Positions 38,370-52,003 of a stretch of DNA of 64,000 nt are shown one piece after another (position 1 is the first letter of the stretch; every line of letters starts with the position of its first letter). Made by a program: the position numbers and the translations under genes. The DNA lies in the NCBI GenBank assembly GCA_964016885.1, contig OZ024764.1:6014001-6078000 (forward strand). The letters are read 5' to 3'. Under the pieces are notes generated by a model that ran no database searches, was not told the origin of the DNA, and saw nothing but the letters and a program-made list of their open reading frames with translations. The stretch comes from Eledone cirrhosa (Eukaryota).

Positions 38370-40326
38370 GGGTGGCGACGGTGGTGATAGTAGTGTTGGC
38401 GATGGTGGTGATGTCGGTATTGATGATGGTGGTGATGGCGATGGTGGAGGTGGTGATACTAGTGTTGATGATGATGGTGGTGGTGGTGGTGATAGTAGTG
38501 TTGGCGATGGTGGTGATGTCGGTATTGATGATGGTGGTGATGGCGATGGTGGTGGAGGTGGTGATAGTAGTGTTGATGATGGTGGTGGTGGTGGTGGTGG
38601 TGGTGGTGATGTCGGTATTGATGATAGTGATGGCGATAGTGGTGGTGGTGGTGATAGTAGTGTTGATGATGGTGGTGGTGGTGGTGGTGGTGATGTCGGT
38701 ATTGATGATAGTGATGGCGATAGTGGTGGTGGTGGTGGTGATAGTAGTGGTGATGATGATGGTGGTGGTGGTGGTGGTGATGTCGGTATTGATGATAGTG
38801 ATGGCGATAGTGGTGGTGGTGGTGATAGTAGTGTTGATGATGGTGGTGGTGGTGGTGGTGATGATGTCGGTATTGATGATAGTGATGGCGATAGTGGTGG
38901 TGGTGGTGATAGTAGTGTTGATGATGGTGGTGATGTCGGTATTGTTGATAGTGATGGTGGTGGTGGTGGTGATAGTAGTGTTGATGATGGCGATGGTGGT
39001 GGTGGTGATGTCGGTATTGATGATAGTGGTGGCGATGGTGATGGTGGTGGTGATAATAGTGTTGGTGATGGTGGTGTCGGTATTGATGATTGTGATAGTG
39101 ATGGCGATGGTGGTGGTGGTGGTGGTGGTGGTGATAGTAGTGTTGATGATGGCGATGGTGGTGGTGGTGGTGATGTCGGTATTGATGATAGTGATGGCAA
39201 TGGTGGTGGTGGTGGTGGTGATAGTAGTGTTGATGGTGATGGCGACGGTGGTGGTGGTGATGTTGATAGTAGTATTGGTGGTATTGATGATAGTGGTGGT
39301 GGTGGTGATAATAGTGTTGATGGTTGTGGTGGCGGAGGCGATGATAATGGTGATGGTTGTGGTAGTAGAGGTAGTGTTGTGTTGACGATAGTGATGGCGG
39401 CGGCGGCGCTGGTGGTGACGGTTGTGGTGGTGGTGGTGATGGCGGTGGTAGTATTGATGGTGGTAGTGGCGGTGGTGATAGTGATAATGGCGGTAGTGAT
39501 GGTGATGGTAGTGATAATGGTGGTGGTGGTGATGGCGGTAGTGGTGATAATGGTGGTGGTGGTGATGGTGATGGCGGTAGTGGTGATAATGATGGTGGTG
39601 ATGGCGGTAGTGGTAATAATGGTGGTGGTGATGGCGGTAGTGGTGATAATGGTGGTGGTGGTGATGGTGGTAGTGGCAGTGGTAGTGGTGGTGATGGTGA
39701 TAATGGTGGTAGTGGTGATGGTGATGGCGGTAGTGGTGATGGTGGTAGTGGCAGTGGTAGTGGTGGTGATGGTGATAATGGTGGTAGTGGTGATGGTGAT
39801 GGCGGTAGTGGTGATAATGATGGTGGTGATGGCGGTAGTGGTGATAATGGTGGTGGTGATGGCGGTAGTGGTGATAATGGTGGTGGTGGTGATGGTGGTA
39901 GTGGCAGTGGTAGTGGTGGTGATGGTGATAATGGTGGTAGTGGTGATGGTGATGGCGGTAGTGGTGATAATGGTGGTGGTGATAATGGCGGTAGTGGTGA
40001 TAATGGTGGTGGTGATGGCGGTAGTGGTGATAATGGTGGTGGTGATGGCGGTAGTGGTGATAATGGTGGTGGTGATGGCGGTAGTGGTGATAATGGTGGT
40101 GGTGGTGATGATGGTAGTGGCAGTGGTAGTGGTGGTAGTGGCAGTGGTAGTGGTGGTGATGGTGATAATGGTGGTAGTGGTGATGGTGATGGCGGTAGTG
40201 GTGATAATGGTGGTGGTGATAATGGCGGTAGTGGTGATAATGGCGGTGGCGGTAGTGGTGATAATGGTGGTGGTGGTGATAATGGTGGTGGTGGTGATGG
40301 CGGTAGTGGTGATAATGGTGGTGGTG
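38370..40326. repeat. (GGT/GAT/AGT)n trinucleotide-derived tandem tract
   Basis: Directly visible. Confidence 0.92.
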
Positions 40327-40620
40327 CAATGTAAACATTCTCTAACGATGGAATCAGATCAAAAAATAAATCAATATGGAAGGCCAGCAACTCCGTACAA
40401 AACAATTCTTCCATTTCCCTACTACCCTTCTGCACCACCGTACTGTATATTCCTCGGTGGACAGCTCCTATCCCTCTCTTTAGTGGACTGGCTCACTGGA
40501 TGATTTTCTGGAATAATTTGCTCCACTGCAGCCTCCGGTTTACCAATTCCTCGTGGCTAGGGTTTCCCTATAACGTTCTCTTCTATGTGTGTATACACTA
40601 TATTTATGTGTAGAGATCTA

Positions 40621-40669
<49 letters not shown>

Positions 40670-40672
<3 letters not shown>

Positions 40673-40873
40673 TTTTAATATAGATGAGATTCTACAGGAC
40701 TAGAACTGTTTCATTCTTCAGAAATCATCAGGAATCCCTGAGATTCCTGATGATTTCTGAAGACTGAAACAGTTCTAGTCCTGTAGAATCTCATCTATAT
40801 TAAAACCTTTATACTCTGCTATGTATTGAGTACCTTACTTACTGTGGTTACCTCCGATTCAACCCGGAATAAC

Positions 40874-40875
<2 letters not shown>
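40670..40875 (+). mobile_element. Penelope-like fragment with about 67-bp inverted duplication and degenerate hammerhead core
   Basis: Arms 40670-40736 and 40742-40808; CTGATGA-TTTC-TGAA-GA(A/C)T-GAAAC; (TA)n on both sides; related fragment at about 43850-43895 (-). Confidence 0.6.
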
Positions 40876-40925
<50 letters not shown>

Positions 40926-40926
40926 G

Positions 40927-40991
<65 letters not shown>

Positions 40992-41008
40992 GGATATATA
41001 TATATATA

Positions 41009-41095
41009 TACAGTATGTCCCCCAAAATGTATACATACTTTGCATACTTTGATTAGAATGCTGTTGAAGTGTTTACATTTTTGGGACACCTTGTA
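41009..41095. mobile_element. Tiny Tc1/mariner-type MITE
   Basis: TA-CAGTATGTCCCCCAAAATGTATACATACTT ... AAGTGTTTACATTTTTGGGACACCTTG-TA: about 30-bp imperfect TIRs with TA flanks. Confidence 0.7.
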
Positions 41096-41214
41096 AATAT
41101 TTATATATGCACACACATATGTATGTATATCTATCTAGGGCGGGTAAAATTCCCGAGATCAATATATCAATATATATATATATATATATATTTTACCAAA
41201 ACAATATTTTCCGA

Positions 41215-41300
<86 letters not shown>

Positions 41301-41380
41301 TAAAATAACAGATTAAAGTTTAAGCAAAGAATCGCTGCTTTCACCCTTAACGGGATTTTAGTCTTCAAATTTATTATTAT

Positions 41381-41448
<68 letters not shown>

Positions 41449-41461
41449 ATAATAATATATA

Positions 41462-41505
<44 letters not shown>

Positions 41506-41587
41506 AAAGTTCTATTTAAATTGTTGGAATACAACAAGCAAATATTTTTATAACTGATATAAAGCACTCGACAAGTATTTGGAGTAA

Positions 41588-41914
41588 ATATACGATATTA
41601 ACAAATGGAAACTATATTTATAAAACCATATCTATTTTATTATACATATTTCAAGGATACCATGTTAAATTATGGTGTGCCTTCATCAGACAAAATACAA
41701 TATATACCAGTTTTATAAATAAACATTGACTATCCTTGATGTCTTCCAAAAATAACGGTTGCATTTTGAAAGGGTACGTCAATGTTTATATATAAAACTG
41801 GTATATATTGTATTTTGTCTGATGAAGGCATACCATAATTTAACATGGAATCCTTGAAATATATATAATAAAATAGATATGGTTTTATAAATATAGTTTC
41901 CATTTGTTAATATC

Positions 41915-41920
<6 letters not shown>
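41588..41920. mobile_element. Penelope-like inverted duplication (about 143-bp arms, 47-bp spacer), each arm with a hammerhead motif
   Basis: 41588-41730 is near reverse-complementary to 41778-41920; followed by (TA)n. Confidence 0.8.
41811..41875 (+). ncRNA. Minimal type I hammerhead ribozyme motif
   Basis: TATTTTGT-CTGATGA-AGG...CCAT...ATGG...CCTT-GAAA-TATATA-TA-ATAAAATA: 8-bp stem I, core, palindromic stem III. Confidence 0.65.
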
Positions 41921-41969
<49 letters not shown>

Positions 41970-42231
41970 GATAAATCTACCAAGAGTTTACGGTAGTGTC
42001 CAATCCGTATGAAGAACTCAATGTAATCCGGATATCATGGAAAGAAGAGATGCAATGAAAAATCACTTTCGGTGAAAGATAAACGGAATACAGAGTCAAG
42101 ATAAAATATTAAAAAAATAATGAATAAAACAATGTTTTATTCATTATTTTTTTAATATTTTATATATATATATATATATACACATATATATTGTACGGAT
42201 TTTCACCTTTTCCCGGGTATGTTGGTCCTGT

Positions 42232-42445
42232 GTATTGCCAATAATTAGTAGAGCGTCGGACATGCTTTGTGACCTATAGTTATAGCCCCTTATGTTCTGA
42301 GTTCGAATCCCGCCGAGGTTATAGCTTTGCTTTTCATCCTTACGGGTGTTGATAAAATAAAGTACCAGTAATACACTGGTGTCCATTTAATTGACGCTCT
42401 CATTCACAAAAAAATGTTGCCCTTGTTCCTAAATCAGAAACTACT
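42232..42445 (+). mobile_element. SINE family A
   Basis: B-box GTTCGAATCC; body AAATAAAGTACCAG; tail runs into (CTA)n. Confidence 0.75.
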
Positions 42446-43442
42446 ACTACTACTATTACTGCTGTTGTTGTTACTACTACTGCTGCTACTACTACTACTA
42501 CTATTACTGCTGTTGTTACTACTACTACTACTACTACTGCTGCTGCTACTGCTGTTGTTGTTACTACTACTGCTGCTACTACTACTACTACTATTACTGC
42601 TGTTGTTGTTACTACTACTGCTGCTACTACTACTACTACTATTACTGCTGTTGTTGTTACTACTACTGCTGCTACTACTACTACTGCTGCTACTACTGCT
42701 GTTGTTGTTACTACTGCTGCTACTATTACAACTACTACTACTACTATTACTGCTGTTGTTGTTACTACTACTGCTGCTACTACTACTGCTGCTGCTGCTA
42801 CTACTACTACTACTGCTGCTGCTGCTACTACTACAACTACTACTACTACTATTACTGCTGTTGTTGTTACTACTACTGCTACTGCTACTACTGCTGCTAC
42901 TACTACTGCTGCTACTACTACTGCTACTATTACTACTACTACTACTACTTCTGCTGTTGTTGTTACTACTGCTGCTGCTGCTACTACTACAACTACTACT
43001 ACTACTATTACTGCTGTTGTTGTTACTACTACTGCTACTGCTACTACTGCTGCTACTACTACTGCTACTATTACTACTACTACTACTACTTCTGCTGTTG
43101 TTGTTACTACTGCTGCTGCTGCTGCTACTACTACTACAACTACTACTACTACTATTACTGCTGTTGTTGTTACTACTGCTGCTACTACTACTGCTGCTGC
43201 TGCTACTATTACTACTACTACTACTACTTCTGCTGTTGTTGTTACTACTGCTGCTGCTACTACTACAACAACAACTACTACTACTACTATTACTGCTGTT
43301 GTTGTTACTACTGCTGCTGCTGCTGCTGCTACTACTACAACAACTACTACTACTACTACTACTATTATTACTGCTGTTGTTACTACTACTACTGCTACTA
43401 CTACTGTTGCTGCTGTTACTATTACTACTACTACTACTACTA
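42440..43442. repeat. (CTA/CTG/TTG)n compound trinucleotide repeat at the SINE tail
   Basis: Directly visible. Confidence 0.95.
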
Positions 43443-43786
43443 TTTCTAAATAGTGACACACCATCATCATCATAACCGTTTTACATCCGTTTCTCCGTAG
43501 CTGCATGGGTTGGACTGGTTCTGTCCCATCGCAGCATCTCTCCACTTACAGAGGGATATTTTAAAGGAACTGTGGGCCTCTTGATTATATAACGCACAGT
43601 ATATTACTGGTATCGCTGCTGAATTGATTTATCGATCTCAGTAAAATGTGTACCCAGAACGCAAAGGGAGATAACTCAGTACGATTTTAACTTAAAATAT
43701 TGGAGACCTTTATGTGGTATCTCCACCTGCTAGTTCTAGCAGCCCAAACCTCCCTCAGATCACACCCTACTGTATACATCTATGTA

Positions 43787-43832
<46 letters not shown>

Positions 43833-43951
43833 ATATATATATATATATATTTAATATAGAAATGGCTTCTACAGGACTAGACCTGTTTCATTCGGAAGAG
43901 AGAAAGAGATGAGTTCGTGTGGAGACCTCTACATGGTTAGCTATCTGTTGT

Positions 43952-46900
43952 CTAGTTTAACACCACTCTGTTGTCCAGTTTAACACCACCTGGTCCTAGG
44001 CTACTATTCACAGTGTCCCCTCTGTTGTCCAGTTTAACACCACCTGGTCCTAGGCTACTATTCACAGTGTCCCCTCTGTTGTCCAGTTTAACACCACCTG
44101 GTCCTAGGCTACTATTCACAGTGTCCACTCTGTTGTCCAGTTTAACACCACCTGGTCCTAGGCTACTATTCACAGTGTCCCCTCTGTTGTCCAGTTTAAC
44201 ACCACCTGGTCCTAGGCTACTATTCACAGTGTCCCCTCTGTTGTCCAGTTTAACACCACCTGGTCCTAGGCTACTATTCACAGTGTCCACTCTGTTGTCC
44301 AGTTTAACACCACCTGGTCCTAGGCTACTATTCACAGTGTCCACTCTGTTCAGTTTAACACCACCACCTGGTCCTAGGCTACTATTCACAGTGTCCCCTC
44401 TGTTGTCCAGTTTAACACCACCTGGTCCTAGGCTACTATTCACAGTGTCCACTCTGTTGTCCAGTTTAACACCACCTGGTCCTAGGCTACTATTCAGTGC
44501 CTACTCTGTTGTCCAGTTTAACACCACCTGGTCCTAGGCTACTATTCACAGTGTCCCCTCTGTTGTCCAGTTTAACACCACCTGGTCCTAGACTACTATA
44601 AACAGTGTCCACTCTATTGTCCAGTCTAACACCACTTGGTCCTAGGCTACTATTCACAGTGTCCACTCTTGTCCAGTTTAACACCACCTGGTCCTAGGCT
44701 ACTATAAACAGTGTCCACTCTGTTGTCCAGTTTAACACCACCTGGTCCTAGGCTACTATTCACAGTGTCCACTCTTGTCCAGTTTAACACCACCTGGTCC
44801 TAGACTACTATAAACAGTGTCCACTCTGTTGTCCAGTTTAACACCACCTGGTCCTAGGCTACTATTCACAGTGTCCACTCTTGTCCAGTTTAACACCACT
44901 TGGTCCTAGGCTACTATTCACAGTGTCCCCTCTGTTGTCCAGTTTAACACCACCTGGTCCTAGGCTACTATTCACAGTGTCCACTCTGTTGTCCAGTTTA
45001 ACAGCACCTGGTCCTAGGCTACTATTCACAGTGTCCACTCTGTTGTCCAGTTTAACAGCACCTGGTCCTAGGCTACTATTCACAGTGTCCACTCTGTTGT
45101 CCAGTTTAACAGCACCTGGTCCTAGGCTACTATTCACAGTGTCCACTCTGTTGTCCAGTTTAACACCACCACCTGGTCCTAGGCTACTATTCACAGTGTC
45201 CCCTCTGTTGTCCAGTTTAACACCACCTGGTCCTAGGCTACTATTCACAGTGTCCACTCTGTTGTCCAGTTTAACACCACCTGGTCCTAGGCTACTATTC
45301 ACAGTGTCCCCTCTGTTGTCCAGTTTAACACCACCTGGTCCTAGGCTACTATTCAGTGCCTACTCTGTTGTCCAGTTTAACACCACCTGGTCCTAGGCTA
45401 CTATTCACAGTGTCCCCTCTGTTGTCCAGTTTAACACCACCTGGTCCTAGACTACTATAAACAGTGTCCACTCTATTGTCCAGTCTAACACCACTTGGTC
45501 CTAGGCTACTATTCACAGTGTCCACTCTTGTCCAGTTTAACACCACCTGGTCCTAGGCTACTATAAACAGTGTCCACTCTGTTGTCCAGTTTAACACCAC
45601 CTGGTCCTAGGCTACTATTCACAGTGTCCACTCTTGTCCAGTTTAACACCACCTGGTCCTAGACTACTATAAACAGTGTCCACTCTGTTGTCCAGTTTAA
45701 CACCACCTGGTCCTAGGCTACTATTCACAGTGTCCACTCTTGTCCAGTTTAACACCACTTGGTCCTAGGCTACTATTCACAGTGTCCCCTCTGTTGTCCA
45801 GTTTAACACCACCTGGTCCTAGGCTACTATTCACAGTGTCCACTCTGTTGTCCAGTTTAACAGCACCTGGTCCTAGGCTACTATTCACAGTGTCCACTCT
45901 GTTGTCCAGTTTAACAGCACCTGGTCCTAGGCTACTATTCACAGTGTCCACTCTGTTGTCCAGTTTAACAGCACCTGGTCCTAGGCTACTATTCACAGTG
46001 TCCACTCTGTTGTCCAGTTTAACACCACCACCTGGTCCTAGGCTACTATTCACAGTGTCCCCTCTGTTGTCCAGTTTAACACCACCTGGTCCTAGGCTAC
46101 TATTCACAGTGTCCACTCTGTTGTCCAGTTTAACACCACCTGGTCCTAGGCTACTATTCACAGTGTCCCCTCTGTTGTCCAGTTTAACACCACCTGGTCC
46201 TAGGCTACTATTCACAGTGTCCACTCTGTTGTCCAGTTTAACACCACCTGGTCCTAGGCTACTATTCACAGTGTCCCCTCTGTTGTCCAGTTTAACACCA
46301 CCTGGTCCTAGGCTACTATTCACAGTGTCCACTCTGTTGTCCAGTTTAACACCACCACCTGGTCCTAGGCTACTATTCACAGTGTCCCCTCTGTTGTCCA
46401 GTTTAACACCACCTGGTCCTAGGCTACTATTCACAGTGTCCACTCTGTTGTCCAGTTTAACACCACCTGGTCCTAGGCTACTATTCACAGTGTCCCCTCT
46501 GTTGTCCAGTTTAACACCACCTGGTCCTAGGCTACTATTCACAGTGTCCACTCTGTTGTCCAGTTTAACACCACCACCTGGTCCTAGGCTACTATTCACA
46601 GTGTCCCCTCTGTTGTCCAGTTTAACACCACCTGGTCCTAGGCTACTATTCACAGTGTCCACTCTGTTGTCCAGTTTAACACCACCTGGTCCTAGGCTAC
46701 TATTCACAGTGTCCCCTCTGTTGTCCAGTTTAACACCACCTGGTCCTAGGCTACTATTCACAGTGTCCACTCTGTTGTCCAGTTTAACACCACCTGGTCC
46801 TTGGCTACCTTTAGTAGGGTCCACTCTGTTGTCCAGTTTAACACCACCTGGTCCTAGGCTACTATTCACAGTGTCCCCTCTGTTGTCCAGTTTAACACCA

Positions 46901-48021
46901 CCTGGTCCTAGGCTACTATTCACAGTGTCCACTCTGTTGTCCAGTTTAACACCACCTGGTCCTAGGCTACTATTCACAGTGTCCCCTCTGTTGTCCAGTT
47001 TAACACCACCTGGTCCTTGGCTACCTTTAGTAGGGTCCACTCTGTTGTCCAGTTTAACACCACCTGGTCCTAGGCTACTATTCACAGTGTCCCCTCTGTT
47101 GTCCAGTTTAACACCACCTGGTCCTAGGCTACTATTCACAGTGTCCCCTCTGTTGTCCAGTTTAACACCACCTGGTCCTAGGCTACTATTCACAGTGTCC
47201 CCTCTGTTGTCCAATTTAACACCACCTGGTCCTAGGTTACTATTCACAGTGTCCACTCTGTTGTCCAATTTAACACCACCTGGTCCTAGGCTACTATTCA
47301 CAGTGTCCACTCTGTTGTCCAGTTTAACACCACCTGGTCCTTGGCTACCTTTAGTAGGGTCCACTCTGTTGTCCAGTTTAACACCACCTGGTCCTAGGTT
47401 ACTATTCAGTGTCCACTCTGTTGTCCAGTTTAACACCACCTGGTCCTTGGCTACCTTTAGTAGGGTCCACTCTGTTGTCCAGTTTAACACCACCTGGTCC
47501 TAGGCTACTATTCACAGTGTCCACTCTGTTGTCCAGTTTAACACCACCTGGTCCTAGGCTACTATTCACAGTGTCCACTCTGTTGTCCAGTTTAACACCA
47601 CCTGGTCCTAGGCTACTATTCACAGTGTCCACTCTGTTGTCCAGTTTAACACCACCTGGTCCTAGGCTACTATTCACAGTGTCCACTCTGTTGTCCAGTT
47701 TAACACCACCTGGTCCTAGGCTACTATTCTCAGTATCCACTCTGTTGTCCAGTTTAACACCACCTGGTCCTAGGCTACTATTCACAGTGTCCACTCTGTT
47801 GTCCAGTTTAACACCACCACCTGGTCCTAGGCTACTATTCACAGTGTCCCCTCTGTTGTCCAGTTTAACACCACTTGGTCCTTGGCTACTATTCACAGTG
47901 TCCACTCTGTTGTCCAGTTTAACACCACCTGGTCCTTGGCTACCTTTAGTAGGGTCCACTCTGTTGTCCAGTTTAACACCACCACCTGGTCCTTGGCTAC
48001 CTTTAGTAGGGTCCACTCTGT
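43952..48021. repeat. 54-bp minisatellite (CCACTCTGTTGTCCAGTTTAACACCACCTGGTCCTAGGCTACTATTCACAGTGT), about 75 copies
   Basis: Directly visible; 18-aa periodic translations. Confidence 0.97.
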
Positions 48022-48138
48022 TATCAATTTTGCGATAGACTGACATCCTGACCAGGGTGTCTTGTACTCTCCGTCTCTTATTGACAATTAAACTAGAGAG
48101 AAGCACTGACTCGATGAACCTTCAGCTCAGAACAGACT

Positions 48139-48724
48139 TTAACCCATTAGTGTTCAAACCGGCCAAAACCGCCAGAATTCTCTACCCTTTTCTGTTGAAA
48201 CTGGCTGTAACTGGTCACTCAAACTGATGTTAAGGTATTGTTCTCAAAATAAATACTTTCAAAATCTCATAGATTCGATACATGTGAGATAATTATGTGA
48301 GGTAAAGCCTTTACCATGAAAATACAATAGTATATATAGAGTAATGTAAATGTTATGTGAGATATTATGTGAGGTAAAGCCTTTACTGTGACAATACAAT
48401 AGTATATATAGAGTAATGTAAATGTTATGTGAGATATTATGTGAGGTAAAGCCTTTACTGTGAAAATACAATAGTATATATAGAGTAATGTAAATGTTAT
48501 GTGAGATATTATGTGAGGTAAAGCCTTTACTGTGAAAATACAATAGTATATATAGAGTAATGTAAATGTTATGTGAGATATTATGTGAGGTAAAGCCTTT
48601 ACTGTGAAAATACAATAGTAAATATAGAGTAATGTAAATGTTATGTGAGATATTATGTGAGGTAAAGCCTTTACTGTGAAAATATAATAGTAAATATAGA
48701 GTAATGTAAATACTAAAGGGTTAA
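48139..48724 (-). mobile_element. TTAA-flanked MITE, same family as 14551-21692, with about 6 internal 72-bp units
   Basis: TTAA-CCCATTAGTGTTCA ... TAAATACTAAAGGG-TTAA. Confidence 0.8.
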
Positions 48725-49469
48725 CTGAGTCCAGAAAGTACTGGGGTTGATTTAATCAACTTCCTTCTCCTAAAATTCAGGCATTGTGCCTAAATTATAA
48801 ACCCTAACTTCAGTGATTTTTTTTTTTAAATTTATTTATTTTTTTTTTTTTGCCATTCATCCTACCTAGGTCCAAAAAATAAAATACCAGTGATGCACTG
48901 GGGGTTGATTTAATCGACTTTGCCCTTCCCTTCAAATTGCTGGCCTTGTGCTGAATGTAGAAGCCATAACTTCAGTGATTTTCTTTTGCCCTTCTTACCT
49001 GAGTCAATAAAATAAAGTACCTGTAAAGTACTGGGGTTGACTTAACCCACTTTGCTCCACCATCTCTTTCTTCTTCTCCCACTAATTCCCCGCGAGGGCT
49101 GTGGGGGCAGAATCCTCAAACACTCCTTCCAGCAGGTCCTGTCAGAAGCAACCATCTCTAGGTCATCCAGTTGGATCCCCAAGTCAGACACACCTCTTCC
49201 TAAAAGCCAATAAATCATTTCAGTGGTTTTCTTTAGGTGACCGTCTGAGGCAAAAATGGTAAGAGTGAATGGTTTTACTCCCAGCAATGAGTTTATAAGT
49301 TGCAGAAGGAAAATCAGAAGAGAGCACTTACCCTTGGGGGTAATCAGAGGCACCATGGATTTGTGGGATTCCTTGGTTGTTCCTATTTAGGGGTCCTTTT
49401 GCATAAAGTGGACTTTTTATCATTTTCATCATCAAGTATACCTTATATACTCTCCCTATAGTATCTAGA

Positions 49470-50020
49470 ATAAGGACAGGATGAAGAAGTTTAGGGAGCT
49501 GCTTTCTCTGTTGACAAAGAAGGGTCTCTCCCTACGAACGAAAGGCTGGTTATATAATGCCTGTGTGAGGTGCGCGATGCTGCATGGTAGTGAGACATGG
49601 GCAGCAACTGCAGAGGATATGCGACGGCTGGAGAGAACTGAAGCAAGCATGCTCTGTTCGATGTGCAATGTCAATGTGCGTGAACGACCAAGCATGGATG
49701 AGTTGAGAGAGAAACTGTGTATAAGAGAGATAAGTTGTAGTGTGCGGGAGAGAAGACTGAGATGGTATGGACATGTGATGTGCATGGAGGATGACTGCTG
49801 GGTAAAGAAGTGCCAAGTAATTCCAGTGGAAGGAAGACGCAGCAGAGGAAGACCACGAAAATCATGGGCGGAGGTGGTGAGAGCTGACCTCAGATTGCTG
49901 AAACTCACCGGGGAGATGACGAAGGACTATGACAAGTGGAGAGATGCTGTGCTGAATAGGTCACTTCCCACCCTTGCAAGCAAGGAAAATCGGACATGAA
50001 ATGATGATGATGATAATGAT
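49470..50020 (+). pseudogene. 5'-truncated RTE-clade LINE (ORF C-terminus, short 3' UTR, (GAT)n)
   Basis: KFRELLSLL...HGSETW...RRLRWYGHVM...GRRSRGRPRKSW...KWRDAV. Confidence 0.9.
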
Positions 50021-50591
50021 ATATCATCATCATTTAAAATACATTTTCCATGCTTGCTTCGGTTAGACGAGTTGTCACATTTTGAGATAAGTCAGGTTCA
50101 GAGACCATGTCATGCTCATACAGATCTGTATTTTAGCTTGGTTTCTATAGCTGGATTCCCTTCCTAACACCAACCATGTTACACAGTATGGGCTGGGTGG
50201 ATTTTATTGTGGCACCCTAACGACCATCTAACAGGGTTACCAGCACAATCACCTTACAGAGTAGACGAGGGCTTTTTCTCATGTCACCAACATGACTACC
50301 TTACACGATCAACTGGGTGCTTTTGTTTTTGTGGCACTGGATTAGTTAACAGGGTATAACACATCACCCGGTGAGTTCAATTCTCAGACCGGGTGATGTG
50401 TTGGTTCCTTGAGCAAGACACTTTATTTCACATTGCTCTGATTTGCTATTCATGATTTGCACATCCATTGAAACATGCCAGCTTCATTTCTTTCCAGTCT
50501 TTGCAGACACTCTGCACACTGGGCCCAACTCAATCTACCATGCAACATTGCTGTTTGTATACATATAATCTGCCCTTCATTTTGAGGGGTA

Positions 50592-50927
50592 AGCACATGG
50601 CTTAGTGGTTAGAGCATTGGCCTTGCAATCGAAAGTTTGTGAGTTCAATTCTCAGACCGGGTGATGTGTTGTTTCCTTGAGCAAGACACTTTATTTCACA
50701 TTGCTCCAGTTTACTCAGCTGTAGAAATGAGATGATAGGAACTGGGGTCCCTATCATTCCACTGTAAAGTGGTCGTGGAGGTGCCACGGCAAAAAAGCAC
50801 CCAGCACTCACTGTAAATGAGGTTGGTGTTAGGAAGGGCATCCAGCTGTAGAAATCAAGTCAGAATCAGTTCCCGTCCCACCCTTGCAAGCAGGGAAAAG
50901 CGGACGTTAAAATGAAATGAAAATGAA
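50592..50927 (+). mobile_element. SINE family B
   Basis: Near-identical to 22033-22383. Confidence 0.9.
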
Positions 50928-51304
50928 AGCTTTTGTAGTTAGCAACGGTAGTATCTTCCAGAACTTTTTCCATCCTATTCGTACATACAGTGGAGCCTCG
51001 TTACATGAACTTAATTCGTTTCTGAAGGCTGTTTATCACTTGAAATGTTTGTAAACCAATACTATTTTTCCCATATGGAATGTTGAGAAAGAGAGAGAGA
51101 GAGACTGTGTGTGAAAGATAGGTAGATATCACTATAGTAACTAACTACACAGCAAGTGATGCTTTCTCACCGATACTCCAAGCTTATTGCCAACTGTTTC
51201 TGGCTCACGTGTTCGTTACTTGAGACACCTTTCATGAACCAAGACATTTTATGTTTGGAAAAACTGTTTGTGAACTGAGCTTATATATATATATATATAT
51301 ATAT

Positions 51305-51740
51305 ATCATCATCATCGTTTTATGTCCGTTCCTCCACGCTAGCATGGGTTAGACGGGTTCTCCTGTTGTGGGCAGTGTCCGGTCGGCTGACCTTATCTTG
51401 CTCATATGGGAACTGATTCTGACTTGATTTCTACAGCTGGATGCTCGTCCTAACACCAACCTCATTTACAGTGAGGGCTGGGTGCTTTTTTTCCGTGGCG
51501 CCTACACGTCCACTTTACAGTGTGGGCTGGGTGCTTTTTTTGCCGTGGCACCTCCACGACCACTTTGCAGTGGAATGATAGGGACCCCAGTCCCTATCAT
51601 CTCATTTCTACAGCTGAGTAAACTGGAGCAATGTGAAATAAAGTGTCTTGCTCAAGGAAACAACACATCACTCGATCCGAGTATTGAACTTACAACCTTT
51701 CAATTGCAAGCCCAATGCTCTAACCAGTAAGCCATGCGCA
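51305..51740 (-). mobile_element. SINE family B variant (duplicated 48-bp module, alternative RTE tail)
   Basis: Reverse complement of the family B head and body; tail like that at 22860-22970. Confidence 0.85.
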
Positions 51741-51744
51741 TTCT

Positions 51745-51746
51745 AT

Positions 51747-51779
<33 letters not shown>

Positions 51780-51970
51780 TAATAATTGTTTCTACTTTTG
51801 GCACAAGGCCAGCAACTATTCCAGTGTATTACTGGTACTTTATTTTATCGACCCCATAAGGATGAAAGGCAAAGTTAACCTCGGCGGGATTTGAACTCAG
51901 ACCATAAAGGGACGTAACTCTTTGCTTGCAAAGCATGGTGTCTGACCCTCTACCGATACTGCTAATCCAA
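51745..51970 (-). mobile_element. SINE family A with (ATT)n tail
   Basis: Homologous to 11461-11651. Confidence 0.82.
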
Positions 51971-52003
51971 ATAATAATACAAGGATAAATGGATAAGCCT
52001 TCA

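Noticed and set aside
38298-40503. Long Gly/Asp-, Pro- or His-rich ORFs
   Set aside because: Trinucleotide-derived low complexity, open in most frames, with no splice or domain evidence.
45721-47503. About 590-aa ORFs on both strands
   Set aside because: Translations of the 54-bp minisatellite; frame-breaking indels are scattered through the array.
49042-49356. 104-aa minus-strand ORF (...LDDLEMVASDRTCWKECL...)
   Set aside because: Looks like a short decayed LINE C-terminus; too little sequence to classify or to call as a gene.
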